A DNA stretch of 64,000 nt from an uncultured delta proteobacterium (lineage in GTDB: Bacteria > Desulfobacterota > Syntrophia > Syntrophales > UBA2185). The position numbers and the translations under genes are program-made. The notes under the pieces are model-generated. The model searched no databases and was not told the origin of the DNA. It saw only the letters and a program-made list of their open reading frames with translations. The stretch is taken from positions 288,001-352,000 of the forward strand of contig CAVSPA010000005.1 of assembly GCA_963729715.1 (NCBI GenBank), in the 5' to 3' direction. Position 1 is the first letter of the stretch. The number at the start of each line of letters is the position of its first letter. Shown here in pieces: positions 38,505 through 48,822 of this stretch.

Positions 38505-38972
38505 ATGGAAGCGAATAGTATGGACACGAACATTGTCATCAACACAGGACTCACAGGCTTCATAATGCTCGACAGGATTCTGGAAGTGAATGCCGCCAGC
38601 ATCGTTGGTACGAGAACATTTACCGGCGCGCCGGCCGATTTGCCTCTGGAGTCCTTTGCCCAAATTGGCGCGTTCCATATCCGCTACATTACCGGGTTTT
38701 CCAGACATGTCTTTCTTATAAAAATCGTGAACTGCTCCATCCCTTTAAGGATGCCCTTGCAGGGGAAATACGTATTAACCGGGAACCTGCTCAGTCGGAC
38801 CGATTCATCCTTTCGCTCTTCTGTGAAGGCGGAAAGGGACAAAGAAACAGCTGCCGAGGCGGAGCTTCTGTTCACCGCAGTTGATTACGATCATAATTTT
38901 AAAAAGGGCATCTTGTGCGACCACTACATGAGGGTATTTTCATGTTTGCAGAGAGATACAGAAACCGTCTGA
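38505..38972 (+). CDS. FabZ-like hotdog dehydratase subunit carrying the catalytic Glu motif
   Basis: FIMLDRIL and LESFAQ match FabZ FLLVDRVL and LEAMAQ; the HFP loop is absent. Confidence 0.7.
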   Translation: MEANSMDTNIVINTGLTGFIMLDRILEVNAASIVGTRTFTGAPADLPLESFAQIGAFHIRYITGFSRHVFLIKIVNCSIPLRMPLQGKYVLTGNLLSRTDSSFRSSVKAERDKETAAEAELLFTAVDYDHNFKKGILCDHYMRVFSCLQRDTETV

Positions 38973-40087
38973 TGCTGCAGCAGCAGACGGGTCTATACCG
39001 CAAACCGCCGGAAGTGAAAGAAAGAGACGGGAAGTACCTCAACATAGAGGGAAGGAGGGTATTGAATTTCGCCTCCAATGACTACCTGGGCCTCGGCACT
39101 TCTGAGGAACTGCGACAACGGGCGGCGCGAAATTTCGGGAAGTATGGAACGTCATCTTCATCATCGCGCCTGGTGTCAGGAAACTATTCTACAATAATCA
39201 ATGCGGAAAAAGAATATGCATCATATTTCGGTTATGGCGATGCCATATTCTTCCCGAGCGGTTACCAGGCGAACTTGGGCATTCTTTCCACCCTTCTGGA
39301 ACGGGGGGACACCGTCATTTTTGACAAGCATATCCATGCAAGCTCCGTAAAGGGAATGATGATGAGCGGAGCGAACTTTCTCGGGTACAACCATAATTCC
39401 ATGCCCCACCTTGAGAAGAGACTGGAAATGTGCACGGGTGAGCAGGTTGCCGTCCTGACAGAGTCTCTCTTCAGTATGGATGGAGATCTTCTGGATGTAA
39501 CTGGTCTCAGCAAATTAAAGGAGCGTTGCCGCGTCCTGGCAATCGTAGACGAAGCCCACGCTTTCGGCGCCATAGGTTCCGGAGGGCGGGGCATCGCTGG
39601 TACTATTGCGGATATTGCTGTTGGAACCTTTGGAAAGGCTTTCGGCTTTTTTGGCGCCTTTGTCCTTCTTCCCGTGGGATTCAAGGAATACCTATTTAAC
39701 TTTTCCTCTCCTCTCATTTATACCACAACCCTTCCGGAAGCCCATGCCGCAACGGCAATAGACATTCTGGAAATTGTAGAGCGCAGTAATGACAGGCGGA
39801 AACGCCTGAGAGATACCAGTCAATTTCTGAAGAAACGCTTGCGTCTTGAGGGATTTCGGGTGACGGGTGATGCTCACATTCTGGCCTTGGAGATCGGCGA
39901 TGAGGCTAAGGCTATAAATATGGCCCGGAAGCTTCTCCAAAGGAATATATTTGTCCTCCCGGCCCGCTATCCCACAGTGCCTCTGCACCGCTCAATACTG
40001 AGAATAGGCGTCACGGCGCTTCACGAAGAAAAAGATATTATATCATTCATTGACCACGTAAAGGAAGCAAGTGAAGAGCTCGAATAA
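38942..40087 (+). CDS. bioF: 8-amino-7-oxononanoate synthase
   Basis: NFASNDYLGL, SRLVSG, SGYQAN, FSMDGD, DEAH, GTFGKAFG. Confidence 0.96.
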   Translation: MFAERYRNRLMLQQQTGLYRKPPEVKERDGKYLNIEGRRVLNFASNDYLGLGTSEELRQRAARNFGKYGTSSSSSRLVSGNYSTIINAEKEYASYFGYGDAIFFPSGYQANLGILSTLLERGDTVIFDKHIHASSVKGMMMSGANFLGYNHNSMPHLEKRLEMCTGEQVAVLTESLFSMDGDLLDVTGLSKLKERCRVLAIVDEAHAFGAIGSGGRGIAGTIADIAVGTFGKAFGFFGAFVLLPVGFKEYLFNFSSPLIYTTTLPEAHAATAIDILEIVERSNDRRKRLRDTSQFLKKRLRLEGFRVTGDAHILALEIGDEAKAINMARKLLQRNIFVLPARYPTVPLHRSILRIGVTALHEEKDIISFIDHVKEASEELE

Positions 40088-40778
40088 GAAAATTCAAAAT
40101 CTATTTGTTGTGGGAACGGATACAGGGGTAGGAAAAACAGTACTTGCCCTTCTCCTGATGCAATTCTTTTTTGCTAAGGGATATAGCCCTTTCTATCTCA
40201 AGCCCGTGCAGACAGGATGCACCGATGCAGACGATGCTGACAGTGATGCAAAATTCATTTACAGGCATGTCGAATCTTTGAATGGCAGACAGCCGACTGA
40301 ATCCGTGATCTACTGCTTCAAGAATCCGAAGGCACCTCTCTATGCCGCGAGCAATGAGGGAAAATTAATAGACCTATCAAAGATAAAGAGAGTCGTAGCT
40401 CAGAAGTCAGAGGCCCACTCCCCCGTAATACTCGAAGGTGCAGGGGGTGTGCTGGTCCCCGTAGCGGAGAAGAAGCTTATAGTTGACATTATCAGCTTAG
40501 TAGATGGAACTCCCGTCATAGCCGCAAGGGCGGGATTAGGGACAATTAACCACACCCTCCTTACGATTGAAGCCATAGAAAAAAGAGGGATTAAGCCTCT
40601 CGGAATTGTCTTTATTGATGCCGGCGAAAAGGAAACACCCGCTGAGATGATTAGGGAAAACATATCCGCTATCGAAGAAACTTCCGGCATAAAAGTGGCC
40701 GGGGTTATCGGCAGAATTCATGATTTTTCGCGGCCGCCGCATGATTGCTACAAACCTTTAGCAAAGATGTTTAGTTGA
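40071..40778 (+). CDS. bioD: Dethiobiotin synthetase
   Basis: GTDTGVGKT, KPVQTG, EGAGG, LGTINHTLLT. Confidence 0.97.
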   Translation: MKSSNKKIQNLFVVGTDTGVGKTVLALLLMQFFFAKGYSPFYLKPVQTGCTDADDADSDAKFIYRHVESLNGRQPTESVIYCFKNPKAPLYAASNEGKLIDLSKIKRVVAQKSEAHSPVILEGAGGVLVPVAEKKLIVDIISLVDGTPVIAARAGLGTINHTLLTIEAIEKRGIKPLGIVFIDAGEKETPAEMIRENISAIEETSGIKVAGVIGRIHDFSRPPHDCYKPLAKMFS

Positions 40779-41257
40779 TTACGATTGTCCCCGGAAATCA
40801 GCCGCATATCTTTCATTTATAAAAATATTTCTTGACATCAATCAATTAATGATGTAGCCGACGTGTCGCAGGTGTGACTGAGAGTCATATAGTGACTGCT
40901 GTTCAACCTTTGGATTGGTTCCCTACCATCTCCTAATCATTAATTCTTCAAGTGTGGAAACGTTTCTTGTTTGAGAACTTCTTTTGTGGTAGGAACAAGA
41001 GCAATTTTCGCGTGCCAAAAATATTTAAATAATCTTAATATTATTTATTAATCTTTTAATATTGATATTTATCAATTATATGGTGTAAGGTCAGCAACTC
41101 AAGCTAAAGCCTGACCACCATCACTTCCGCCTTGGGAGAGGTTCAGAACCGCAAAGAAAGAGGCGGATTCCAGTTTACACAAGGGCCGTGCCGAATATAG
41201 GGAAACTTAATTTAATGCAAACATGAAAGATATAGAAAAGGGAGGTTATTCATTGAC

Positions 41258-43234
41258 ATGGGAGATACAGAAAAGCTTGAATTGAAGGAAGTTTATCCTG
41301 TTCCTGATTGGGCGCGCAAACAGGCGTACATTAAGAGCAGGGCCGAGTACGAGAAACTGTGGAAGCGTTCCGTGGAAGAACCTGACGCATTCTGGGCGGA
41401 GATCGCAACCGAGTATGTGGAGTGGTTCAAGAAATGGGACAAGGTAGAAGACTATAACTATGACGTTCAGAAGGGCCCAATTTACGTGAAGTACTTCGAG
41501 GGTGGTAAGCTCAATGTCTCATACAACTGTTTGGACAGGCAGCTTAAGACTCGGGGGAACAAGGTCGCCATCCAGTGGGAAGGCAACGAGCCCACTGAGG
41601 ACAAGTCTTACACCTACAAAGAGCTTTATACGGAAGTTTGCAAGTTTGCCAATGTCCTGAAGTCCCTGGGCATAAAGAAAGGTGACCGGGTATGCTTCTT
41701 TCTTCCCATGATCCCCGAGCTTGCCATCGGGATGCTGGCGTGTTCCAGGATTGGCGCTATCCACAATATAGTATTCGGCGGATTCAGCGCCGAGTCCTTA
41801 CGTGACAGGATTCAGGACAGTGAAGCCAAGATACTGGTGACCTGCGACGGGACCTTCCGTGGTGCAAAGGCAGTTCCCCAAAAGAGTGGTGCGGACGAGG
41901 CATTGAAGACCTGTCCTTCCGTCGAGAAGTCTATCGTTGTTAAGAGGGTGGGCGACAAGATCGCGTGTGAAATGAAGGCAGGCAGGGATCTCTGGTGGCA
42001 CGAATCGATGGCAAAGGCAAGCGATAAGTGCGAACCGGAGTGGATGGATGCTGAAGATCCTCTTTTCATCCTGTACACCTCGGGTTCCACTGGAAAGCCA
42101 AAAGGCGTCATGCACACAACGGGCGGGTATTTGGTGTATGTGGCCTATACACACAAGATGATTTTCGACTACCACGAGAATGACATCTTCTGGTGCACAG
42201 CCGACATCGGCTGGGTAACAGGGCACAGTTACATTGTGTACGGTCCTCTTTGCAACGGCGCTACGACGGTGATGTTTGAGGGTGTACCCAATTACCCAGA
42301 TGTGAGCCGTTTCTGGAAGGTCTGTGAAAAGTATAAAGTGACGATTTTTTACACTGCCCCTACGGCCATCCGCGCTATTGCGAAGGAGGGAACGGATTGG
42401 GTAAAGAAGGCTAACATATCATCTCTGCGGCTCTTAGGTACGGTAGGCGAGCCGATTAACCCCGAGGCGTGGCACTGGTATCATCACAATATCGGGCGTG
42501 ACGAGCTTCCTATTGTTGATACATGGTGGCAGACCGAGACCGGGGGCATTCTCATCACGCCTCTACCCGGCGCTATTGATCTCAAGCCCGGCAAGGCCAC
42601 GGTCCCCTTTATGGGAGTAGATCCAGCCATTATTGATGAAAGCGGTGCGGAGATAAAGACAACGGTTGCGAGCGGGCCCCTCTGCATAAAGAAGCCCTGG
42701 CCGGGGATCATGAGAAGGGTATACGGGGATCCCATGAGGTTCCAGGAGACCTACTTCATACAGCGCCCCGGATTCTATTACACTGGTGATGGAGCCACAA
42801 GGGACGAAGACGGCTATTATCAGCTTATGGGCCGGATCGATGACGTTATCAATGTCTCCGGGCACAGATTGGGAACGGCAGAAATTGAAAGCGCCCTCGT
42901 TGCTCATGAGAAGGTGGCAGAGGCCGCTGTTGTGGGCTATCCCCATGACATTAAGGGTCAATCCATTTACGCATATGTGACTCTCAAAACGGGCGTAAAG
43001 AAATCTGATGACTTGAGAAAAGAACTCGTAGCACACGTCAGGAAGCTCATTGGGCCAACCGCTACACCCGAAAAAATCCAGTGGGCCGATGGTCTGCCGA
43101 AGACCAGAAGTGGCAAGATCATGAGGAGGATATTGAGGAAGGTCGCTGCGAATGAGATCAGTGATCTGGGAGATACAACTACCCTGGCAGATCCTTCTGT
43201 CGTCGACGATATCGTGAAAAACAGGGTACTCTAA
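41258..43234 (+). CDS. acs: AMP-forming acetyl-CoA synthetase
   Basis: [39 protein letters not shown]. Confidence 0.97.
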   Translation: MGDTEKLELKEVYPVPDWARKQAYIKSRAEYEKLWKRSVEEPDAFWAEIATEYVEWFKKWDKVEDYNYDVQKGPIYVKYFEGGKLNVSYNCLDRQLKTRGNKVAIQWEGNEPTEDKSYTYKELYTEVCKFANVLKSLGIKKGDRVCFFLPMIPELAIGMLACSRIGAIHNIVFGGFSAESLRDRIQDSEAKILVTCDGTFRGAKAVPQKSGADEALKTCPSVEKSIVVKRVGDKIACEMKAGRDLWWHESMAKASDKCEPEWMDAEDPLFILYTSGSTGKPKGVMHTTGGYLVYVAYTHKMIFDYHENDIFWCTADIGWVTGHSYIVYGPLCNGATTVMFEGVPNYPDVSRFWKVCEKYKVTIFYTAPTAIRAIAKEGTDWVKKANISSLRLLGTVGEPINPEAWHWYHHNIGRDELPIVDTWWQTETGGILITPLPGAIDLKPGKATVPFMGVDPAIIDESGAEIKTTVASGPLCIKKPWPGIMRRVYGDPMRFQETYFIQRPGFYYTGDGATRDEDGYYQLMGRIDDVINVSGHRLGTAEIESALVAHEKVAEAAVVGYPHDIKGQSIYAYVTLKTGVKKSDDLRKELVAHVRKLIGPTATPEKIQWADGLPKTRSGKIMRRILRKVAANEISDLGDTTTLADPSVVDDIVKNRVL

Positions 43235-43250
43235 GAGAAAGGAGGCAAAT

Positions 43251-44021
43251 GTGAATATCGTAGCATGTGTAAAGCAGGTTCCGGACACAGAAACCCTTAT
43301 CAAGGTGAAGCCTGATGGAACAGGGATTGACGAAGCTGGCATTAAATGGGTCATGAATCCCTATGACGAGTTTGGTGTTGAAGAAGCCCTGAAACTGAAG
43401 GAAAAGTTCGGCGGAGATGTTACCATCGTTTCCGTTGGTCCAGCGAGGGCACTGGAGACCATCAGAACAGCCCTTGCCATGGGAGCTGATAAGGGAATAC
43501 ATATAAACGATGCGGCTCTTGAAGGTGCTGATGCCTATAACATAGCCGCTGCTCTGGCTGCGGCAATCAAAGGCATTCCACACGACATTATCTTTTGCGG
43601 ACAGCGCGCCATTGATGATGACGCCGGCCAGGTAGGTTCCGTCCTTGCAGAATTCCTGGGTATCCCTCAAGTAACCTTTGTTACAAAGCTCGACGTCGAA
43701 GGTGCGTCAATAAAGGTCATAAGGCCGATTGAAGGGGCTCAACTTCTGATCGAAAGTTCACTGCCATGTGTCGTTACCGCGCAGAAAGGGCTGAACGAGC
43801 CGCGCTATGCATCACTTCCGGGAATAATGAAGGCAAAGAAAAAACCTGTCGATGTTAAGGATGCTGCAGGTCTGGGAGTAACTGTTGCCCCCAAAGCAAA
43901 GATCGCCAAGACCTTGCCGCCTCCTGCCAGACCTCCCGGAAAGATTATCTGCGGTGAAGAGCCGGCGGAAAAGGCCAGAGAACTGGCGAAACTGCTCAGG
44001 GAAGAGGCGAAGGTTATTTAA
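43251..44021 (+). CDS. etfB: Electron transfer flavoprotein beta subunit
   Basis: CVKQVPD, NPYD, ALAMGAD, NEPRY. Confidence 0.97.
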   Translation: MNIVACVKQVPDTETLIKVKPDGTGIDEAGIKWVMNPYDEFGVEEALKLKEKFGGDVTIVSVGPARALETIRTALAMGADKGIHINDAALEGADAYNIAAALAAAIKGIPHDIIFCGQRAIDDDAGQVGSVLAEFLGIPQVTFVTKLDVEGASIKVIRPIEGAQLLIESSLPCVVTAQKGLNEPRYASLPGIMKAKKKPVDVKDAAGLGVTVAPKAKIAKTLPPPARPPGKIICGEEPAEKARELAKLLREEAKVI

Positions 44022-44065
44022 GAGCTTGTGGCTGAGCTTTCTTAATATATATGGAGGAAAGTAAA

Positions 44066-45043
44066 ATGGCAAAAGGTGTATGGATCGTTGCGGAGCAGAG
44101 ATATGGAGCTTACCGCAAGATAAGTTTTGAACTTGTCAGTGCAGCCAGAAAACTCGCCGACCAACTCGGGGAAGAGGTGGGCGCCATCCTGCTTGGTTCC
44201 GGGATTGAGGGGATAGCAGGTGAGTTAGGAAAATACGGTGCAGATAAAGTCTATGTGGCGGATAACGCCCTTTTTGAACCCTACACAACAGACGCACATG
44301 CTGCGGCAATTGCAAAGCTGGTTAAGGAACAGAATCCGTCCATTCTGCTTCTTGGCGCTTCCGCCCAGGGCAAGGATCTGTCTTCACGCCTAGTGGGCAA
44401 GCTGGCAACCGGAATGGCAACGGACTGTGTTGACTTAAAGATAGCTGATGGTAAGTTGATTTCTGTAAGACCCATGTACGCCGGGAAATGCAATGGCGAG
44501 GTCGTTGTATCTGCATTTCCCCAGATGGCGTCGCTCCGTCCGAACGTATTTCCTGCCGTTGAAAATCCTAAGACGGCGGAAGTTGTCAAATTCGATCCCG
44601 GTCTGGATGCAAGTCAGCTGAAAACGAAGGTGCTTGAGGTACAGAAGGATACATCCGGAAAGGTTGACCTCACGGAGGCCAACATAATCGTATCCGGCGG
44701 ACGCGGAATGAAAGGTCCCGAAAACTACGTGATCATCGAGGAACTGGCGGACGTTTTGGGAGCCACAGTCGGAGCATCAAGAGCAGCAGTGGATGCCGGC
44801 TGGCGGCCGCAGAAGGACCAGGTGGGGCAGACCGGAAAGGTAGTCTCCCCCAATCTTTACATTGCCTGCGGCATATCTGGAGCTATTCAGCATCTTGCCG
44901 GTATGGGTTCTTCCAAATACATTGTGGCAATCAATAAAGACCCGGACGCCCCCATCTTCGCAAGGGCTGATTACGGCATTGTGGACGACCTTTTCAAAGT
45001 CGTCCCGGAACTGACGAAGGAAGTCAAAAAGCTTCTGGCGTAA
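44066..45043 (+). CDS. etfA: Electron transfer flavoprotein alpha subunit
   Basis: [29 protein letters not shown]. Confidence 0.97.
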   Translation: MAKGVWIVAEQRYGAYRKISFELVSAARKLADQLGEEVGAILLGSGIEGIAGELGKYGADKVYVADNALFEPYTTDAHAAAIAKLVKEQNPSILLLGASAQGKDLSSRLVGKLATGMATDCVDLKIADGKLISVRPMYAGKCNGEVVVSAFPQMASLRPNVFPAVENPKTAEVVKFDPGLDASQLKTKVLEVQKDTSGKVDLTEANIIVSGGRGMKGPENYVIIEELADVLGATVGASRAAVDAGWRPQKDQVGQTGKVVSPNLYIACGISGAIQHLAGMGSSKYIVAINKDPDAPIFARADYGIVDDLFKVVPELTKEVKKLLA

Positions 45044-45054
45044 TGAAACAAACC

Positions 45055-45083
45055 TGGGGGTGCTACATCACCCCCATTTTTTT
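45055..45083 (+). terminator. Intra-operon hairpin plus T7 between etfA and the Fe-S oxidoreductase
   Basis: TGGGGGTG-N6-CACCCCCA-TTTTTTT. Confidence 0.7.
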
Positions 45084-45098
45084 GTAGCGAGGAGACTT

Positions 45099-47228
45099 AT
45101 GGAACTGTCAAAGTTTTCAGTCGGTAATGAAGGACGAGAGGTTTTCTGGAATGCTGAGAATTTTGAGGGACTCCTTTTTGCCTTTACTGCTATCGCCATG
45201 GCCATTTTTGTTTACGGCATTTACAGAAGGTGGCAGTTGTGGACCGCTATCGGCAAACCAGAGATCAGAAATGATCAGATCAAGGAGCGAATCAAACTGC
45301 TTCTGAAAAACGGCCTCTTTCAGATTAAGACATTCAGAGACATCTATCCCGGCATAATGCACGGATTGATTTTTTTCGGATTCATCGGCCTTATATTCGG
45401 CGCTGCGTTTGATGCGACGGAATTCCATGTGGGCGAGCCGTATGGTTTTCCCTTCGTGATAGGAAAATTCTATCTTATCTTCTCCTTCCTCATGGAAGTG
45501 TTCGGATTGTTCGTTCTCGCCGGGGTATTCATGGCGTTGGATAGGAGATACATAACCAAGCCTGAGCGTCTCGGTTATAAGGGTGAGCCGGATAATACGC
45601 CCGATGATGCAATCGTGCTTCTTCTTCTGGGAGGCATCATCCTTACGGGATTTGTCATCGAGGCACTGAGAATCCACGTCACCAATCCACCGTGGGAAGT
45701 ATGGTCGTTCGCCGGCTATACCCTGGCAAAGGCATTCGCCGGAGTGGATAACAACACTGCAAGAATTCTTCATAAGGTAATGTGGTGGACTCACACCTTT
45801 ATGGCCTTAGGCTTCATAGCCTATATCCCCTACTCACGGCTGATCCATATCATTACCACCCCCGCGAATCACTTCATGGCATCTTTGAAACCGGTGGGTA
45901 ATATTGAACCGATCCGGGATTTTGAAACAGCAGAATCCTTTGGTGCGGGGCAACTCGAGGATTTCACCTGGAAGCAGGTGTTCGATTCCGACGCCTGCAC
46001 CCGTTGCGGACGGTGCCAGGATGGTTGCCCGGCTTACCTGTCGGGCAAGGCACTTTCTCCAAAAAAGGTCGTGCAGGATTTGAAGACCTACTGGCTTGAG
46101 AGAGCTCCATTGGTAGCAGCCGCAAAGAAAGCCGCTGGCAAAGCTACGGAAGGCTCAGCACCGGAAATGCCGGCGCCAGCAAAGGCCATGGTAGGTGAGG
46201 TCATCGATCTTCATGAATTGTGGGCCTGCACAAACTGCATGTATTGCATGGAGCACTGCCCATCGTCTATTGAACATGTTCCCAAGATCATCAACATGAG
46301 GCAGTACAAGGTCTTGACGGAAGCGGATTTTGCCCCCGAACTCCAGTTAACGTACAGAAACATGGAGAACAACTCCAACCCCTGGGGCGTCGGTTCCCAT
46401 CTCAGGTCCGACTGGGCAAAGGAATTGGGTGTCAAGACCTTGGCTGAGGATCCGAATGTAGAGTATCTGTTCTACGTCGGGTGCTCCGGGTCCTTCGACG
46501 AAAGAGGAAAGAAGGTGTCTATGGCCTTTACGAAGATCCTCCAAACGGCCGGCGTCAGTTTCGGCATCCTCGGTACTGAAGAGGGATGCTGCGGCGACTC
46601 AGCCATGAGAGGAGGAAATGAGTATCTCTCTCAGACTCTGATGCAAACGAATATCGAGATCATGAATGGCTATGGCGTCAAGAAAATAATCTGCACGTGT
46701 CCTCACGGGTATAATACCCTGAAGAAGGATTACCCCCACTTCGGCGGCAACTATGAGGTATATCACCACACTGAAATCATCGCTAATCTGATTGCCGCAG
46801 GAAAGATAACTTTGAACAAACCCGTGGACGGCATGTTCACTTATCATGACTCGTGCTTCCTCGGCAGATACAACAATATCTATGACCAGCCGAGGAGAAT
46901 TCTAGCTGCCATTCCCGGAATGAAACTGGCGGAGATGGATCGTAAGCTTGATAAGAGCTTCTGTTGCGGCGCCGGCGGTGCGAGAATGTGGATGGAGGAA
47001 CATGACGGCGAAAGAATCAATAATATGAGAACCGACCAGGCCATTGACGTAAATGCAACTAACATTGCCGTCGCATGCCCTTTCTGCCTGACCATGTTGA
47101 CAGACGGCATCAAGGCAAGAGAAAAGGAAGAAAAAATGGCTTCCCTTGACATTGCCGAAATCGTCTGGAGGGCAATGGGCTTGGAAGAGGAGAAACCATC
47201 GGCAGATGTGTGCGCAACGACTGAATAG
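45099..47228 (+). CDS. Membrane Fe-S/CCG oxidoreductase (DUF224; ETF:menaquinone oxidoreductase-like)
   Basis: N-terminal transmembrane helices with His, CTRCGRCQDGCP and CTNCMYCMEHCP, two CCG domains. Confidence 0.9.
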   Translation: MELSKFSVGNEGREVFWNAENFEGLLFAFTAIAMAIFVYGIYRRWQLWTAIGKPEIRNDQIKERIKLLLKNGLFQIKTFRDIYPGIMHGLIFFGFIGLIFGAAFDATEFHVGEPYGFPFVIGKFYLIFSFLMEVFGLFVLAGVFMALDRRYITKPERLGYKGEPDNTPDDAIVLLLLGGIILTGFVIEALRIHVTNPPWEVWSFAGYTLAKAFAGVDNNTARILHKVMWWTHTFMALGFIAYIPYSRLIHIITTPANHFMASLKPVGNIEPIRDFETAESFGAGQLEDFTWKQVFDSDACTRCGRCQDGCPAYLSGKALSPKKVVQDLKTYWLERAPLVAAAKKAAGKATEGSAPEMPAPAKAMVGEVIDLHELWACTNCMYCMEHCPSSIEHVPKIINMRQYKVLTEADFAPELQLTYRNMENNSNPWGVGSHLRSDWAKELGVKTLAEDPNVEYLFYVGCSGSFDERGKKVSMAFTKILQTAGVSFGILGTEEGCCGDSAMRGGNEYLSQTLMQTNIEIMNGYGVKKIICTCPHGYNTLKKDYPHFGGNYEVYHHTEIIANLIAAGKITLNKPVDGMFTYHDSCFLGRYNNIYDQPRRILAAIPGMKLAEMDRKLDKSFCCGAGGARMWMEEHDGERINNMRTDQAIDVNATNIAVACPFCLTMLTDGIKAREKEEKMASLDIAEIVWRAMGLEEEKPSADVCATTE

Positions 47229-47258
47229 TTCAGCCAAAAAGAGAATATAGATTTTCTC

Positions 47259-47292
47259 AAAAAGCCCCATTGCTGATGAGTGGGGCTTTTTT
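47259..47292 (+). terminator. Intrinsic terminator of the acs-etf operon
   Basis: AAAAAGCCCCA...TGGGGCTTTTTT. Confidence 0.85.
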
Positions 47293-47299
47293 ATTACCA

Positions 47300-48632
47300 C
47301 CTATTGCCTCATAAATAAATGTTACCGAAGGATAGCTGCATGAGAGGAACGTTGCCTCATAAAGAATGTTACCCATGGTTGTCGTTTATGGAGGAGATTT
47401 TTTTAAGTTTTGTTTCCATAGTTTTTCTTAGCAGAAAGTGGTTAAGATTTTCAAGTTGTTTAGAGAGTGAGAGTTTTACTGTTTCAGGCAAATGAGGAGA
47501 GTCCATGACTCTCTGATAAGGTGTTTTCGGTTTGTCATGTTGTTTGACAGTTTTAGAACCGATACGTTCTTTGGCAATGAGTTTCACGGAGGGGCAGAAG
47601 AAGTTATGGAAGAGCCTCCATTCGTTACGGTAGAGGTTATTAAGAAGGGGTACGGCCCGTGGATTATCTAATCTCTGGTAGCCGAGCCATTGACGTACAT
47701 GGGTCCAGTTTTTCTGTTCCACATGTGCGTTATCATCTTTGTGGTACGGTCTGCTGCGGGTGAATTTTACGGGGTGTTTTCGTTGGGTAAAATGCCTCAC
47801 GAGGTGATAATTTAAGAACTCTGATCCGTTATCGCAATCGAAGCCAAGGAGTGGGAAGGGGAGCGTTTTTTCTATGTCTTTGATTTGTTGAAGGACACCT
47901 GTTTCTCCTTTACCCCACACAGCTCTTTGTTCTGTCCATCCGGTGGCGATGTCCACGCAGTCTATGGTATATGCGTACATTCCCAGCAATGACTCGCCAC
48001 AATGGGCTACGGTATCGGCTTCAAGGAATCCCGGTTTTGATTCATCCCACTGGTTTGTTTGTATAGGGATTTGTTTTCTCAGGAGGGTCCCTGGCTTTGT
48101 AGTGGATCTGCCACGTTTCTTGTATTGTATACGGGTAGGTTGAAGGAGCCTGTCTATGGTGGCCGGGGAGATTTTCACCAGGGCTTCAACAACCGTGGGA
48201 GGAAGTTTACCAAAGAGTTGGACATAGCTTGGCAGCCAGAGCGGTAAAATAGCTTTTAGGCGTTTTGAACAGGGGAGATTCGCTGCCAGCCATATCTGTT
48301 TTAAGGGCTTCAGAATCTCCTCATTTTGATAAACGGGAGGCTTCCCTCGCTTCTTCGGTCTTGGCTTTGTGAAGCGTTTAAATCTCCTGAGAAGGCGTAT
48401 GGCATGTTTCCTATGGTATCCGCACGTTGTGCAGAACTCGTTCAGGATAATTGTTTTTTCATGGCGGGAAGCATTTTTATAGCGTAAATGGATTGCCCTG
48501 GTGTACTCTTTTTTCGATCGTGGACTCATCGATTACCCTCCTTTCGGAAGTCGATGTTCGGTAACATCGAATTATGAGTCAACGATCTCTTTTATTCACC
48601 TCCTTGGGTAACATTTAATGTGAGGCAATTCG
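47300..48632 (-). mobile_element. Insertion sequence (IS481/ISNCY-like) with doubled terminal repeats and a putative 4-bp target duplication
   Basis: TTGCCTCA-N-ATGTTACC units at 47304 and 47352, inverted copies at 48560 and 48607; ACCA flanks both ends symmetrically. Confidence 0.85.
47369..48529 (-). CDS. DDE (rve integrase-core) transposase
   Basis: PGFLEADTVAHCG, DCDNGSEF, SRPYHKDDNAHVEQKN. Confidence 0.92.
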   Translation of the reverse strand: MSPRSKKEYTRAIHLRYKNASRHEKTIILNEFCTTCGYHRKHAIRLLRRFKRFTKPRPKKRGKPPVYQNEEILKPLKQIWLAANLPCSKRLKAILPLWLPSYVQLFGKLPPTVVEALVKISPATIDRLLQPTRIQYKKRGRSTTKPGTLLRKQIPIQTNQWDESKPGFLEADTVAHCGESLLGMYAYTIDCVDIATGWTEQRAVWGKGETGVLQQIKDIEKTLPFPLLGFDCDNGSEFLNYHLVRHFTQRKHPVKFTRSRPYHKDDNAHVEQKNWTHVRQWLGYQRLDNPRAVPLLNNLYRNEWRLFHNFFCPSVKLIAKERIGSKTVKQHDKPKTPYQRVMDSPHLPETVKLSLSKQLENLNHFLLRKTMETKLKKISSINDNHG

Positions 48633-48822
48633 ACCATGTCATTGGAGTTGTATTTGAATGACATATGATGTAAAATCGGCGCTGCTCGCAATGGAATATT
48701 TAGATCTTAACAGCAAACATCGGCGGCGTTTGACCGTTAAGGAATAGTCCTGTTGGGCATTCACTCGCTTCCGTATTCAATACATGACCTAATAGAGAAT
48801 ACTTATACTAGAAAAGGAGGGC

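Noticed and set aside
41001..41018. sigma54-like TGGCACG...TTGC on the minus strand upstream of acs
   Set aside because: GG-to-GC spacing is 12 nt rather than 10, and it points away from acs.
47304..47373. Two direct repeats with a spacer resembling a mini-CRISPR
   Set aside because: Inverted counterparts flank the other end of the transposase, so these are IS ends; no cas genes are present.
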